From an uncultured Lentisphaerales bacterium (lineage in GTDB: Bacteria > Verrucomicrobiota > Lentisphaeria > JABSQK01 > UBA12247), in assembly GCA_943788985.1 (NCBI GenBank), contig CALSSJ010000021.1, positions 94,274-158,273 of the forward strand: a stretch of 64,000 nt of DNA, read 5' to 3'. A program made the translations under genes and the position numbers. The notes under the pieces were generated by a model, which worked only from the letters and a program-made list of their open reading frames with translations, ran no database searches and had not been told where the DNA came from. Shown here in pieces: positions 10,402 through 19,659 of this stretch (positions are counted from its first letter, which is position 1; each line of letters starts with the position of its first letter).

Positions 10402-13400
10402 ATGATCGAGACAGTCGATCTCACTAAATCCCGTCTGCTCCGCCTTTTACCGGCGCGAGAATTGGCGAGGCTGGCCCAAGACTTCCGCGAGGCCACCTTT
10501 CGCTTCGGGGCGACCGTAGTCCGAGAAGGAGAGCCAGCCGACGCCTATTACCTGATCCGCGCCGGCAAACTCCGCGTCGTGCGCGACGTCGACGGCGCCG
10601 AGCAAACCCTGCGCCGCCTCGAACCGGGCGATGGCTTCGGCGAGATGGCCCTACTGCAGGGCGGCACCCGCACCGCCACAGTGCGAGCCTCCTCTGATGT
10701 CGAACTGCTGCGCCTCGACCGCAGCGTCTTCGAGCGCGTTTTGCACGAGTCGCCCTCACTGGAGAACATCCTGCGTGGTCAACTCGAGTGCCGCTCGCTG
10801 GTCAATTTGCTCACCGAGTACGGCCGCTTCGCCGAAGTCCCGGCCGAAACCCTCGAAGCCTTGGTCCAAGACGCCGCACCGCGAGAACTTTCCCCCGGCG
10901 AGCTCGTTCTGGCCGAGAATGAAGCCGCTCCCGCCTTGTACGTAGTCGAGCGCGGAAACCTCAAAATTCGCCGAGACGGCGAAGACCAGTACCTACGCCG
11001 TGGCGACTTCTTCGGCGAGCGCTCCGTTACGACCGACGAGCCTTTCGGAGCGACCGTCACTGCCGTCAACGAATCAACCGTCCTCGCCCTGCCGAAGTCT
11101 CGGATTTGCGAACTCCGCGACTCCGATGCGGAGTTCGCAAAAGTCCTGCAACGGCGGGTGGAGCCGGCCCAGTCCACCACGCGAATTCCCCTGGACGTCT
11201 GCCTCGCCGAGCAAGGCCCCCCCCCAGCCAGAGAGCCAGCGGCCGCGGCACCACGCCAGGGGCGCTTCAACGCCTGGCTCCAACGGTGCCTCCACGCCGG
11301 GTTTCCCTTTGTCTGGCAGCTTGATCAAAATGACTGTGGCCCGGCTGCCCTCACCATGGCCTGCCGCAAACTCGGCTACTCCGTCTCCCTGGCCCACATT
11401 CGCGAACTCGCGGGCACCACGCTTGATGGTGTCGGCCTCCAGGACCTCGCTCACGCCGCCACCGAGATTGGCGTGGTAGCACAGGCGTTGAAGGTGCCTG
11501 CCGAGGAAGTTGCCGACCAGCAAACCCCGCTGCTGGTCCACCTTACGCGAGGCCATTGGGTCGTCCTGCTCGAGCGCAGACGCAAGTCTGTAGTGGTGGC
11601 CGACCCCGAACGCGGCTTTCTCCGCACCCCGCTTGCGGAGTTCGCAGCCCAATGCTCTGGCTACACGCTCACGCTTGAGCCGCCATCCGGCGACATGGAT
11701 AGCCCCGAGCTGGACGGGAAATGGTCTTGGGTTTGGCCACTGACCCGCCCGCACGCACCACGCCTGCTCGGCACCGGCGTCCTCACCCTCATCCTGAGCC
11801 TCCTGCAGCTTTCCTTCCCCATCGCCACGCAACACATCGTCGACAATGTCCTCGGCACAGGCTTGGACAGCGGAACGCACCTCAAGGTGATCATGAGCTT
11901 TCTGGGGCTCTCATTGCTGGCATTGCTGCTGATCACGCTCTGGCAACGCTCGCTACTCAGCAGGCTGCTGACCAATCTGGATGGCACGATTATGGATTTT
12001 CTCGTCGATCGCATGCTGCAATTGCGTATGTCATACTTCACCAGGCGCACCTCCGATGCCCTGCGTCGCCGCCTAGAGAGTGCCCGCTCGGTGCGTCAGT
12101 TTCTGGTGCACGGCACCGTCTCCAGCGTCTTGGCTGGTGCCCAGGTGCTGCTGCTGTTCGGCGTATTGGCCTGGTACAGCACCAAGCTCGCACTGCTCGC
12201 CGTCGTCATGCTCCCCATCTACCTCGGCGTCATGCTGGCCGCCGGCCGCGTACTGCAGCGCAGCTTCCGCACCATCGAGGAAGGCGAAAACCGCTATCGG
12301 TCCCTCCAGGAAGACATCATCGACGGGATCGAAACCGTCAAGTCCAACGCGGCCGAGGACGCCTTTCGAAGAAAAATGATGGATGACTACCGGCGAATCG
12401 CGACCGCGGAGCGCGAATCCGGTTTCAACCTCCAGGCTTATGAAGGAACGGGCCAAGCCCTGGCGCTTATTACCACGCTGCTCCTGCTTTGGGTCGGGGC
12501 CGCGACCGTGCTCGATGGCGAGATGCTAGTGGGAGAGTTCGTCGCTGGCCTGATGATCTTCGGCCTCAGCTACTCCCATCTGAAAGCGATCATGAATGGC
12601 TGGCGGGACCTCCAGCGCTCGCGCGTCCTGATGGACCGGCTCCACGAACTCGTCGAGGGACAATCAGAACTTGAGACCGCAGACAGCCAGCGCGATGTTC
12701 CGTCAATTGCTGGCGCCGTGCAATTGGACCGGCTCTCGTTTCACTACGGTGGGAGCCACGGTCGTGACATCATACGCGATGTCAGCATACGGGTCGCCCC
12801 TGGCGAAACCATCGCGATTGTCGGCAGAAGCGGCGCCGGCAAGTCCACTCTGGCACGCTGCTTGGCCGGTCTGGAGCCGCCCACCAGCGGCACCATGTCT
12901 GTGGACGGAGTCGACATCTGCGACCTCAAGCCTCAGCAGCTGCGCAGCCATATCGCCTACGTCCCGCAGCGCAACCATTTATTCATTGGCACCATCCTCC
13001 AGAACATCGCCTTTGGCGATTCCGAGCCCGATCGACTCCGCGCCGTGGCTGCGGCCAAGGCCGCCAATGCCGACGCCTTCATTTCGCGATTACCGCATGG
13101 TTTGGACAGCGAGATTGACCAGGTCGCACCATACCTCTCCAGCGGCCAGCGCCAGATGTTGGGCATAGCCCGTGCCATCTACCGCCAGCCTGCGGTCGTT
13201 GTCCTGGACGAAGCCACCAGCGGGATCGACGTCGAGTCTGCCCGCGTAGTTCGTTGCACGCTCGCTTCCTTTCTCCGCGATCGCACCGCCTTCGTGATCG
13301 CCCATGACCCGCCGACCATCCAACTCGCGGACCGCATTCTAGTTCTGGAAGATGGCCGCATAGCAGAGTCCGGCACTCACGACGAGCTCCTCAGCCAGCA

Positions 13401-13446
13401 CGGCCTCTACTACCACCTGTTTCACGAGATCGTCAGTAGTTTGTAG
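10402..13446 (+). CDS. Peptidase-containing ABC transporter (2x cNMP-binding + C39 peptidase + TMD + NBD)
   Basis: cNMP motifs GDGFGEMALL..RTATVRA and GDFFGERSV; C39 motifs QLDQNDCGPAAL, HWVV and ADP; Walker A GRSGAGKST, signature LSSGQRQ, Walker B VVVLDEATS and IAH. Confidence 0.92.
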   Translation: MIETVDLTKSRLLRLLPARELARLAQDFREATFRFGATVVREGEPADAYYLIRAGKLRVVRDVDGAEQTLRRLEPGDGFGEMALLQGGTRTATVRASSDVELLRLDRSVFERVLHESPSLENILRGQLECRSLVNLLTEYGRFAEVPAETLEALVQDAAPRELSPGELVLAENEAAPALYVVERGNLKIRRDGEDQYLRRGDFFGERSVTTDEPFGATVTAVNESTVLALPKSRICELRDSDAEFAKVLQRRVEPAQSTTRIPLDVCLAEQGPPPAREPAAAAPRQGRFNAWLQRCLHAGFPFVWQLDQNDCGPAALTMACRKLGYSVSLAHIRELAGTTLDGVGLQDLAHAATEIGVVAQALKVPAEEVADQQTPLLVHLTRGHWVVLLERRRKSVVVADPERGFLRTPLAEFAAQCSGYTLTLEPPSGDMDSPELDGKWSWVWPLTRPHAPRLLGTGVLTLILSLLQLSFPIATQHIVDNVLGTGLDSGTHLKVIMSFLGLSLLALLLITLWQRSLLSRLLTNLDGTIMDFLVDRMLQLRMSYFTRRTSDALRRRLESARSVRQFLVHGTVSSVLAGAQVLLLFGVLAWYSTKLALLAVVMLPIYLGVMLAAGRVLQRSFRTIEEGENRYRSLQEDIIDGIETVKSNAAEDAFRRKMMDDYRRIATAERESGFNLQAYEGTGQALALITTLLLLWVGAATVLDGEMLVGEFVAGLMIFGLSYSHLKAIMNGWRDLQRSRVLMDRLHELVEGQSELETADSQRDVPSIAGAVQLDRLSFHYGGSHGRDIIRDVSIRVAPGETIAIVGRSGAGKSTLARCLAGLEPPTSGTMSVDGVDICDLKPQQLRSHIAYVPQRNHLFIGTILQNIAFGDSEPDRLRAVAAAKAANADAFISRLPHGLDSEIDQVAPYLSSGQRQMLGIARAIYRQPAVVVLDEATSGIDVESARVVRCTLASFLRDRTAFVIAHDPPTIQLADRILVLEDGRIAESGTHDELLSQHGLYYHLFHEIVSSL

Positions 13447-13560
13447 CGCGCCCTGGAAGCCTAGGTGATCTTTCCACTCTAGCTGCCTGCCACTCAATTC
13501 CGTCTCTCCGTCTCTCATCCAGAATACCGTCATCGAGTAAAGAATATCTTCAGGTCCGTG

Positions 13561-14112
13561 ACCTTTAACAGCTTGAACAAGGCTCATGTGACATACTTGG
13601 AAGCACGACTGATTGACCTTGCCAAGTCTACAGAGCACTGTCGTTTGGACAACCGCTAGTTTCACGCCACCTCGACTCTAGCCGAATGGGAGATCGCCGA
13701 CGCCGAGAGCTCTCTCGCCGACATTCTCGTTGTTCTTCCGCTTCTTGGACTCACTGCATTTCAAGCGCCAGATAAGAAACGTCCAAGCAAGAATGACCTT
13801 ATCGCGAAGGCCAAAGGCCTTACAGCACGAAGCTACGTATCCAGCGGCGGGTTCACTGTCCAAAATAAAAGCCAAATTAAAACAACTGAAACCAAATAAC
13901 TTCACGCTTACTTGGTAAGCCAGCGGCAGCAACTCATCGAGCAAGGCGTGGTTGTAAAGGCCGAGGCTCCCTATGTTTTGACGCAGAGCTATGAATTCAA
14001 CTCCCTGCCGATAGCAACAGGAACGGTTTTCGGCCGCTGCGCCAATGGCCGCGTCGAGTGGAAAACTTCCGCAGGCAAAACCCTGAAGGCCATTCAAGAA
14101 GAGCCGATTTGA
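13561..14112 (+). pseudogene. Decayed GIY-YIG/DUF4357-type protein (C-terminal part)
   Basis: Frame from 13561 reads [18 protein letters not shown]...LDNR*...IADAESSLADILVVLPLLG. The tail YEFNSLPIATGTVFGRCANGRVEWKTSAGKTLK resembles DUF4357. In-frame stops are present and the N-terminus is missing. Confidence 0.7.
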
Positions 14113-14156
14113 AAGCTTTGAAACAACAGATCCGAAAGCTCTTGATTACGCCTGGC

Positions 14157-14678
14157 ATGAAACTGCCCGTTGATGAGCCGCCATTGCGGGTTGCTGGCGA
14201 AACTCAGCGTTCGGAGTACGATGACGCGCTCCTTGACATAATTATGCTGGCGCCGTTGCTCGCTGTAGCGTCCCCGATTCTTTCTCTGGGAGCAACGTGG
14301 CGAATATTTGTACAGCATGGCCTATATGCCTGGCTAGTTTCCGCCACCCTCTGCTTTGTCGTTGCCTCGGTCATTGGTCCCCTTTCGCTCAGGACACTGT
14401 TAAAGGGCCGCAAGGATGTCCGTGCACACTTCCTTGGCTGGCAAGCTGAGGTAGTCGTGGGCATGCGTCTGGGAGACGCGCGAGACAAGGGCTACAAAAT
14501 TTTCAACGACGTGCCGGAAACCGCCAAAGACGGCAAGCTTTTCAATCTCGATCATGTCGCGATTGGCCCGGGCGGAATTTATGTGATCGAGACTAAGGGG
14601 CGTAGCAAGTCCGAGGACGGAGGAAGTGTTGATGATCTCAAATCAGCTTCGTCAATACATCCTGCAGTACCGTCGTGA
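14157..14678 (+). pseudogene. NERD (nuclease-related domain) membrane protein, C-terminally truncated
   Basis: Two TM segments, then G..AE..V...L......IFNDVP...FNLDHVAIGPGGIYVIETKG. Similarity ends abruptly after GRSK. Confidence 0.7.
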
Positions 14679-14782
14679 GGACAGCGTCGTCTGGTGATTT
14701 ATCGGAAACTGCGCCATTAGCCATCCGCGAGCTTTCTTTTGCTCCACCAGACTTGATCGGCCATAATGGGGCCAACTTAATT

Positions 14783-14801
14783 GGCTACGCACTGCGTAGC
14801 C
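14783..14801. repeat. Perfect palindrome GGCTACGCA-C-TGCGTAGCC (copy 1)
   Basis: 9-bp arms around a 1-nt centre, read directly from the sequence. Confidence 0.85.
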
Positions 14802-14987
14802 CTTTTCCAGATCCAGAAACGCAAGGTCGAATTAGCAGAAGCTTTTCAGATCCGCGCCCGAGAGCCCTCTCTTCAAGCTTCTTCGTGTACGGCCCAGTGC
14901 CCGCCCTTTGGGGCCCAACGGACTCCAACTTGCCCTCCTTGACCAATTTCGTGCTGGCCATCTCGATTGCCCGGACGGCTCTCAATT

Positions 14988-15006
14988 CTCTACGCAGCGC
15001 GTAGAG
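14988..15006. repeat. Hairpin CTCTACGC-AGC-GCGTAGAG (copy 2)
   Basis: 8-bp perfect arms around a 3-nt loop. It aligns with copy 1, including the flanking AATT and TT.TCCA. Confidence 0.85.
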
Positions 15007-15331
15007 TTTCTCCACGTCGGGATAGACCATGTAGAATTGCCGGAAACTCCACAGATTAGCGACTGAGAATCCTCTGCCGAATTCTTGGCCCAGCCTACGG
15101 GATAGCTCACGTATGAGTTCCCGCCCATAACCGGCACGCTCGGCCCCGTCCTGTTCTTCTTCGACAATGCGCTACCTCCCCTCCAATAGACTGTACCGCG
15201 CCTCGCTGAGGATTGTGCGGGTAGGCCCCTAGAAACTCGACTTTTCGGGAAGCGCTGCGCTCATCTCAGATACCTAGATTCGCTCGTTGCGTCTCTTGGG
15301 GCTAGTTCTCCCTTCAAACTTCGAAAAAACT

Positions 15332-18300
15332 TCACCCTTCGTTAATAATACCCAGCAGACGCTGCAGGTCGTAGAACAGCGAGAGCAGTGCGGGCACGAG
15401 AAAGAGAGTGAAGACAGTGGAGACGACGAGGCCACCGATCAGCACGGCGCCAAGTCCGCGATAAAGCTCGGTGCCAGCCCCTGTGCCGAAGGCTAACGGC
15501 GCCATGCCGAGTACGCTGGTGATGACACTCATGCAGATTGGCCGAAAGCGGCTCGCGCAGGAGGCCCGCAAGGCCGCAGTATGGCCCTGGCCAGCAAGCC
15601 GAAAGTTGTTCGCTTGATGAACAATAAGAATGGCGTTGTTGACGACAATTCCCGCCAGGATGATCAGCCCCAGCATGGCAATGACGTCGAAGGAGACCAG
15701 CCCGCCAGACACTTCGTGGGCAATGGACACGCCGATGAAGGCGCCAGACGCGGCAAGCGGGATGGTGATGAGAATGACAAACGGGTAGAGCCAGGAACGA
15801 AAGAGCGCGACCATGAGCAAGTAGACGATGAGCACGGCCAGGACAAAGCCGCTGGTTAAGGCCTCGAGCGTCGCGTTGAGCTTGTCAGCCGTGCCACTAA
15901 GGCGCACACTGAAGCTGGCGGGTAAAGCGAGCCGGGCGGGTGCCAGCACGTCGCGCTCGATGCGCGTGATTGCCTCCTCGAGTGACTGGTCGGGCGCTAG
16001 ATTGACAGTCAGCGTAACGGCTCGCTCTTTTTCGACGTGGTTGATCGCGGTCGGAGCGCTGGTGTTGCTCACGGTCGCAATGCTGTCCAGGCGTACACGC
16101 TTATCCCACGGGGTGCGCAGGATGACGTGGGGCAAGGCGTCGATACTGTCGAGTTGTGCGGAGTTCGCATACAAGGTGAGGTCGAGTTGGTCGCCATCGT
16201 CGTTGTAGCGCCCGACGGTCTTGCCTGCGACCAGGCTCTCGACCACATCAGCGACATCGGCCACGCGCAAGCCCACGTCGGCGGCACGTCGACGGTCGAG
16301 TTCCACCCGAACTTCGGGGGCGCCGGTGGTGTAGTTGCTGCGTACCATTTGGACGCCGGCGGTCCCGAAGAGCTGTCCCTTCATTTGGGTAGCGACGCCT
16401 TCAAGTCGCTCAAGCGAGGGTCCAGAGATGTCGATCTCGAGTTGCTTGCCGGGATCCCGAAAGATGCTCGCCTGCAAGGGAAAGAGAAACTCAAAGCCGG
16501 TCAGCCCAATAGTCTGGCCAAACATCTTGCCGACATGCGCCTTCATCTGCTCTTCGCCGCTGAACTCGTCTTTGACGATGACGCCGACGGCGTTGAACCT
16601 GTCGCCAAAGACCGAGAAGAAGCGCTTGGTCGTAGGGTCAGCAGCGATCTTCTCTTCCAACGGACGAATGGAGTCGACCGCTTTATCAATGCTGCTGCCC
16701 ACCAGCGGCTGGGCCAGCACGAGCACCAGGTTGCGATTGCCGGAAGGCAGATATTCGGCGCTCGGCAGCAAGCCCAGCGAGGCAAAGAAGAGCGCGACGA
16801 TCCCGCCAATCACCAACATTTTGGCTAGGACATGCAGGATACCACCGCCGGTGATCAAGGTAACGAGTTTGCGATAGACGGCGGAAATGGCGGTGCCAAG
16901 CCAGGCGCCGAGCACCAGCGATTTGAGGCGCTCGACGCGCGATTCAGGTTTGGGGGCCTTGGCCAGACGCGATGCCATCATCGGAATTAACAACACGGCG
17001 GCGATAAGCGAGAGGGAGATTGCCAGGCTGATGGCGATGGCAATATCTTTGAACAATTGCCCGGCCTCTTCGGTGATGAACATCACGGGTAAAAAGACTG
17101 CCAGGGTCGTGAGTGTGCTGATGAGTACTGCGCCCCAGACCTCGTGCGTACCACGCCGAGCGGCCTCGAGTGGACTGCGGCCTTCTGCCATGTGTCGATA
17201 GATGTTCTCGATCACCACGATGGCGTTGTCCACGACCATGCCGGATGAAAACGCCAGCCCAGCAATGCTAATGATATTCAGCGACCGCCCGAGAAAATAG
17301 GCAAAGATAAACACGGTGATCATGCACACCGGAATGGTCACCGCCACGACCAGCACCAAGCGAAAGCTGCGCAGGAAAATGACAAGCACAATACTGGCTA
17401 GCAACGCGCCAATGGCGAGGTTTTTCCAGGCCAAGCGAATGGATTGGTCGATGTAGGTTTCCTCGGTGTAGGCCACGTGCAGGCTCAGGTCTTCTTGCTT
17501 GGCTGCGAAGTTCGCATTTAGCTCGACCAGCACGTCTTCCATGGCTTGGCAGAGGGTCATGACGTTGGCGCCGGTCTTGCGCTTGGCACCAAAGACCACG
17601 GTCGGCTTGCCGTTCGTACGCACTTCCGACAGCTTCTTCTTGTAGCCCATCTTTACCTCGGCGACTTCGCGCAAATAGACGGCGCCCCGCGGACTGCGGG
17701 CGATGACGATGTCGCCCACATCCTGAGTGGACTCGAAGCGCCCGACTGTGCGCAGGTTGAAGCGACGCTTGCCCTGATCGACAAAGCCGCCGCGCACGTT
17801 GAGGTTTTCGGCGCGGATCGCCGCAATCAGGTCACCGATGGCAATGTTCTTCTCGGCTAGTCGGTCCGGATCCAGAAGCACCTGCATCTCCCGTTCCTCG
17901 CCACCAAAAATGAGCAGATCGCTCAGTCCGGGGACTCGGCGCATACGAGGCTCGATGACATCATTGGCCCATTCGTACATCTCATTTGGTGTGAAGCTGT
18001 CGGTCTCCATCACAATCCACATCACTACGTCTTCTTGGTCCGAGGTCACGGAGACCGCGACCGGGGCATCGGCTTCCTCTGGCAGATCAGGAACTTGGTT
18101 GAGCTTGTTGATCACGTCGATCATAGCCACGTCTTTGTCAACGCCCCAGTCAAACTCGAGGGTGATGGCGCTGCGGCCCTGCGATGAGCGACTGACGATG
18201 CGCGAAATGCCTGTGACGCTGTCCATCTCTTCTTCGATGGGCGTGGTGATCTGATCCTCTACTTCCATCGGCGCCGCACCGCGGTAGGTGGTGGTGATAC

Positions 18301-18436
18301 TGATCTCCGGCTTGTCCAAGCTCGGCTTGAGCTGGACGGGGATCCGCTGCAAGGCAATGAAGCCAAAAACGGCAGCCAGCAGCGCGACGACGATGACAGT
18401 ATGTGGCCGGGCTATGGCGGCATCGATCGGATTCAT
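15332..18436 (-). CDS. RND efflux transporter permease (AcrB/AcrD/AcrF family)
   Basis: 1034 aa, with GMVVDNAIVVIENIYRH, STLTTLAVFLP, GIVVNNAILIV, RFRPICMS and STVFTLFLVP. Confidence 0.95.
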   Translation of the reverse strand: MNPIDAAIARPHTVIVVALLAAVFGFIALQRIPVQLKPSLDKPEISITTTYRGAAPMEVEDQITTPIEEEMDSVTGISRIVSRSSQGRSAITLEFDWGVDKDVAMIDVINKLNQVPDLPEEADAPVAVSVTSDQEDVVMWIVMETDSFTPNEMYEWANDVIEPRMRRVPGLSDLLIFGGEEREMQVLLDPDRLAEKNIAIGDLIAAIRAENLNVRGGFVDQGKRRFNLRTVGRFESTQDVGDIVIARSPRGAVYLREVAEVKMGYKKKLSEVRTNGKPTVVFGAKRKTGANVMTLCQAMEDVLVELNANFAAKQEDLSLHVAYTEETYIDQSIRLAWKNLAIGALLASIVLVIFLRSFRLVLVVAVTIPVCMITVFIFAYFLGRSLNIISIAGLAFSSGMVVDNAIVVIENIYRHMAEGRSPLEAARRGTHEVWGAVLISTLTTLAVFLPVMFITEEAGQLFKDIAIAISLAISLSLIAAVLLIPMMASRLAKAPKPESRVERLKSLVLGAWLGTAISAVYRKLVTLITGGGILHVLAKMLVIGGIVALFFASLGLLPSAEYLPSGNRNLVLVLAQPLVGSSIDKAVDSIRPLEEKIAADPTTKRFFSVFGDRFNAVGVIVKDEFSGEEQMKAHVGKMFGQTIGLTGFEFLFPLQASIFRDPGKQLEIDISGPSLERLEGVATQMKGQLFGTAGVQMVRSNYTTGAPEVRVELDRRRAADVGLRVADVADVVESLVAGKTVGRYNDDGDQLDLTLYANSAQLDSIDALPHVILRTPWDKRVRLDSIATVSNTSAPTAINHVEKERAVTLTVNLAPDQSLEEAITRIERDVLAPARLALPASFSVRLSGTADKLNATLEALTSGFVLAVLIVYLLMVALFRSWLYPFVILITIPLAASGAFIGVSIAHEVSGGLVSFDVIAMLGLIILAGIVVNNAILIVHQANNFRLAGQGHTAALRASCASRFRPICMSVITSVLGMAPLAFGTGAGTELYRGLGAVLIGGLVVSTVFTLFLVPALLSLFYDLQRLLGIINEG

Positions 18437-19659
18437 GGTGCGACTTGTACTACAGCGCCGGGATAGAGCACTTCGTTGCCGGTGGTTACCACGACGGTTC
18501 CAGGTTGGACGTCGCCGATGATTTCCACGGTTTGCGGAGTTCGCAAGCCGACGGTGACTGGCAAAATGGCGATTTTGTTCTCTGCGCCGACGATGTGAAC
18601 GCTGGCGCCGCGGCGGCCGAAGCTGATCGCATCCCAGGGGACCAATAATGCGTCTGGCTTGGCGGCAATCTGAACTTCAGCTTGGACCGACATGCCTTCG
18701 GCGACACCGGCGACATCACCATCGAGAATCAGCCGCAGGGTGGTGTTGCGGGTTGCGGCGTCCGCAATAGGAATCAGCGCCGCGACGCGTGCAGCGAAGC
18801 TCCGCCCGCGCACGGCCCCACTGCTGACGGTGACCGCAGTTCCGGCCGCTGGCATCGCCATCACCCACTGCTCGGGCACTTCGACCCAGGCTTCCAGCGG
18901 CCCGGCCGCCAGCGCGGCTAGATTGTCATCCGCGCGAACACGATCTCCAGCTTGGCGGTTGCGCTCGAGCACGACGCCGTCGAAGGGGGCAGTGAGCGTG
19001 CACTTGGAGCATTCCCGTTGAGCCTGTGCCAACGCAGTTTGGGCGACCATCACGGCTGCTCTACCCACTAAAATGGCTTCGGTCGTTTCGCCGTTCTCCC
19101 CTGCCTCGAGCCGGGCCTCGGCGTCGGCGACACCCGCGTTGGCAGCCTCAAAATCCACGCGCGCGGCTACTACATCAGCCTTGGTCCGCACCTTCGTTTC
19201 TGCCAGCAAAACTGCCCGATCCAAGTGATCTTGGGTGCCCACTAAGAGGGCTTTCTCGCGATCGACTGCGGCCTGCAGTTGTTTGAGAATTTCTGGGCGC
19301 GTGGGCGCTGTCAGCTCTGCCAGCCTCGCCTTAGCCTGCGCCAGCGCGGCCTCGGCCACTTGTACAGCGAGTTCGTAGTCGGTCGGGTCTAGCTTGGCTA
19401 GGACGTCGCCCTTAGCAAAGTGCGAGCCTGGACTCAGCGTGGCGCTTTCGAGCGTACCCGAAAGCTGCGCCCTCAGGGTCACGCGACGGCCCCAGCGAAT
19501 GGTCCCGACAAAACTTGCGGACTCCGCAATGGCGCCGCGCTCGACGGCAGCGGTGGTGACAGTGACTGGCGGGGGGCCGCCTGCGCCTGGGCCATCTGGT
19601 GCTTCGGTTTTCTTGCCGCAACCGACAAACAGGAAAAAGAGGAAAAAGAAAAGTCTCAT
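18433..19659 (-). CDS. RND periplasmic adaptor (MFP) lipoprotein
   Basis: Lipobox LFVGC, lipoyl-hairpin-lipoyl pattern (KGDVLAKLD...LTAPFDGVV), and 4-bp overlap with the RND gene. Confidence 0.9.
   Translation of the reverse strand: MRLFFFLFFLFVGCGKKTEAPDGPGAGGPPPVTVTTAAVERGAIAESASFVGTIRWGRRVTLRAQLSGTLESATLSPGSHFAKGDVLAKLDPTDYELAVQVAEAALAQAKARLAELTAPTRPEILKQLQAAVDREKALLVGTQDHLDRAVLLAETKVRTKADVVAARVDFEAANAGVADAEARLEAGENGETTEAILVGRAAVMVAQTALAQAQRECSKCTLTAPFDGVVLERNRQAGDRVRADDNLAALAAGPLEAWVEVPEQWVMAMPAAGTAVTVSSGAVRGRSFAARVAALIPIADAATRNTTLRLILDGDVAGVAEGMSVQAEVQIAAKPDALLVPWDAISFGRRGASVHIVGAENKIAILPVTVGLRTPQTVEIIGDVQPGTVVVTTGNEVLYPGAVVQVAP

Larger units (their letters stand above)
14715..15220 (-). 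pseudogene. DUF1016/YhcG-family N-terminal fragment
   Basis: Minus strand reads YW..(shift)RIVEEEQDGAERAGYGRELIRELSRRLGQEFGRGFSVANLWSFRQFYMVYPDVEKLYALRREL and, after a shift, KGYAVRSQLSWPHY...EQKKARGW. No C-terminal PD-(D/E)XK domain is visible. Confidence 0.8.
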
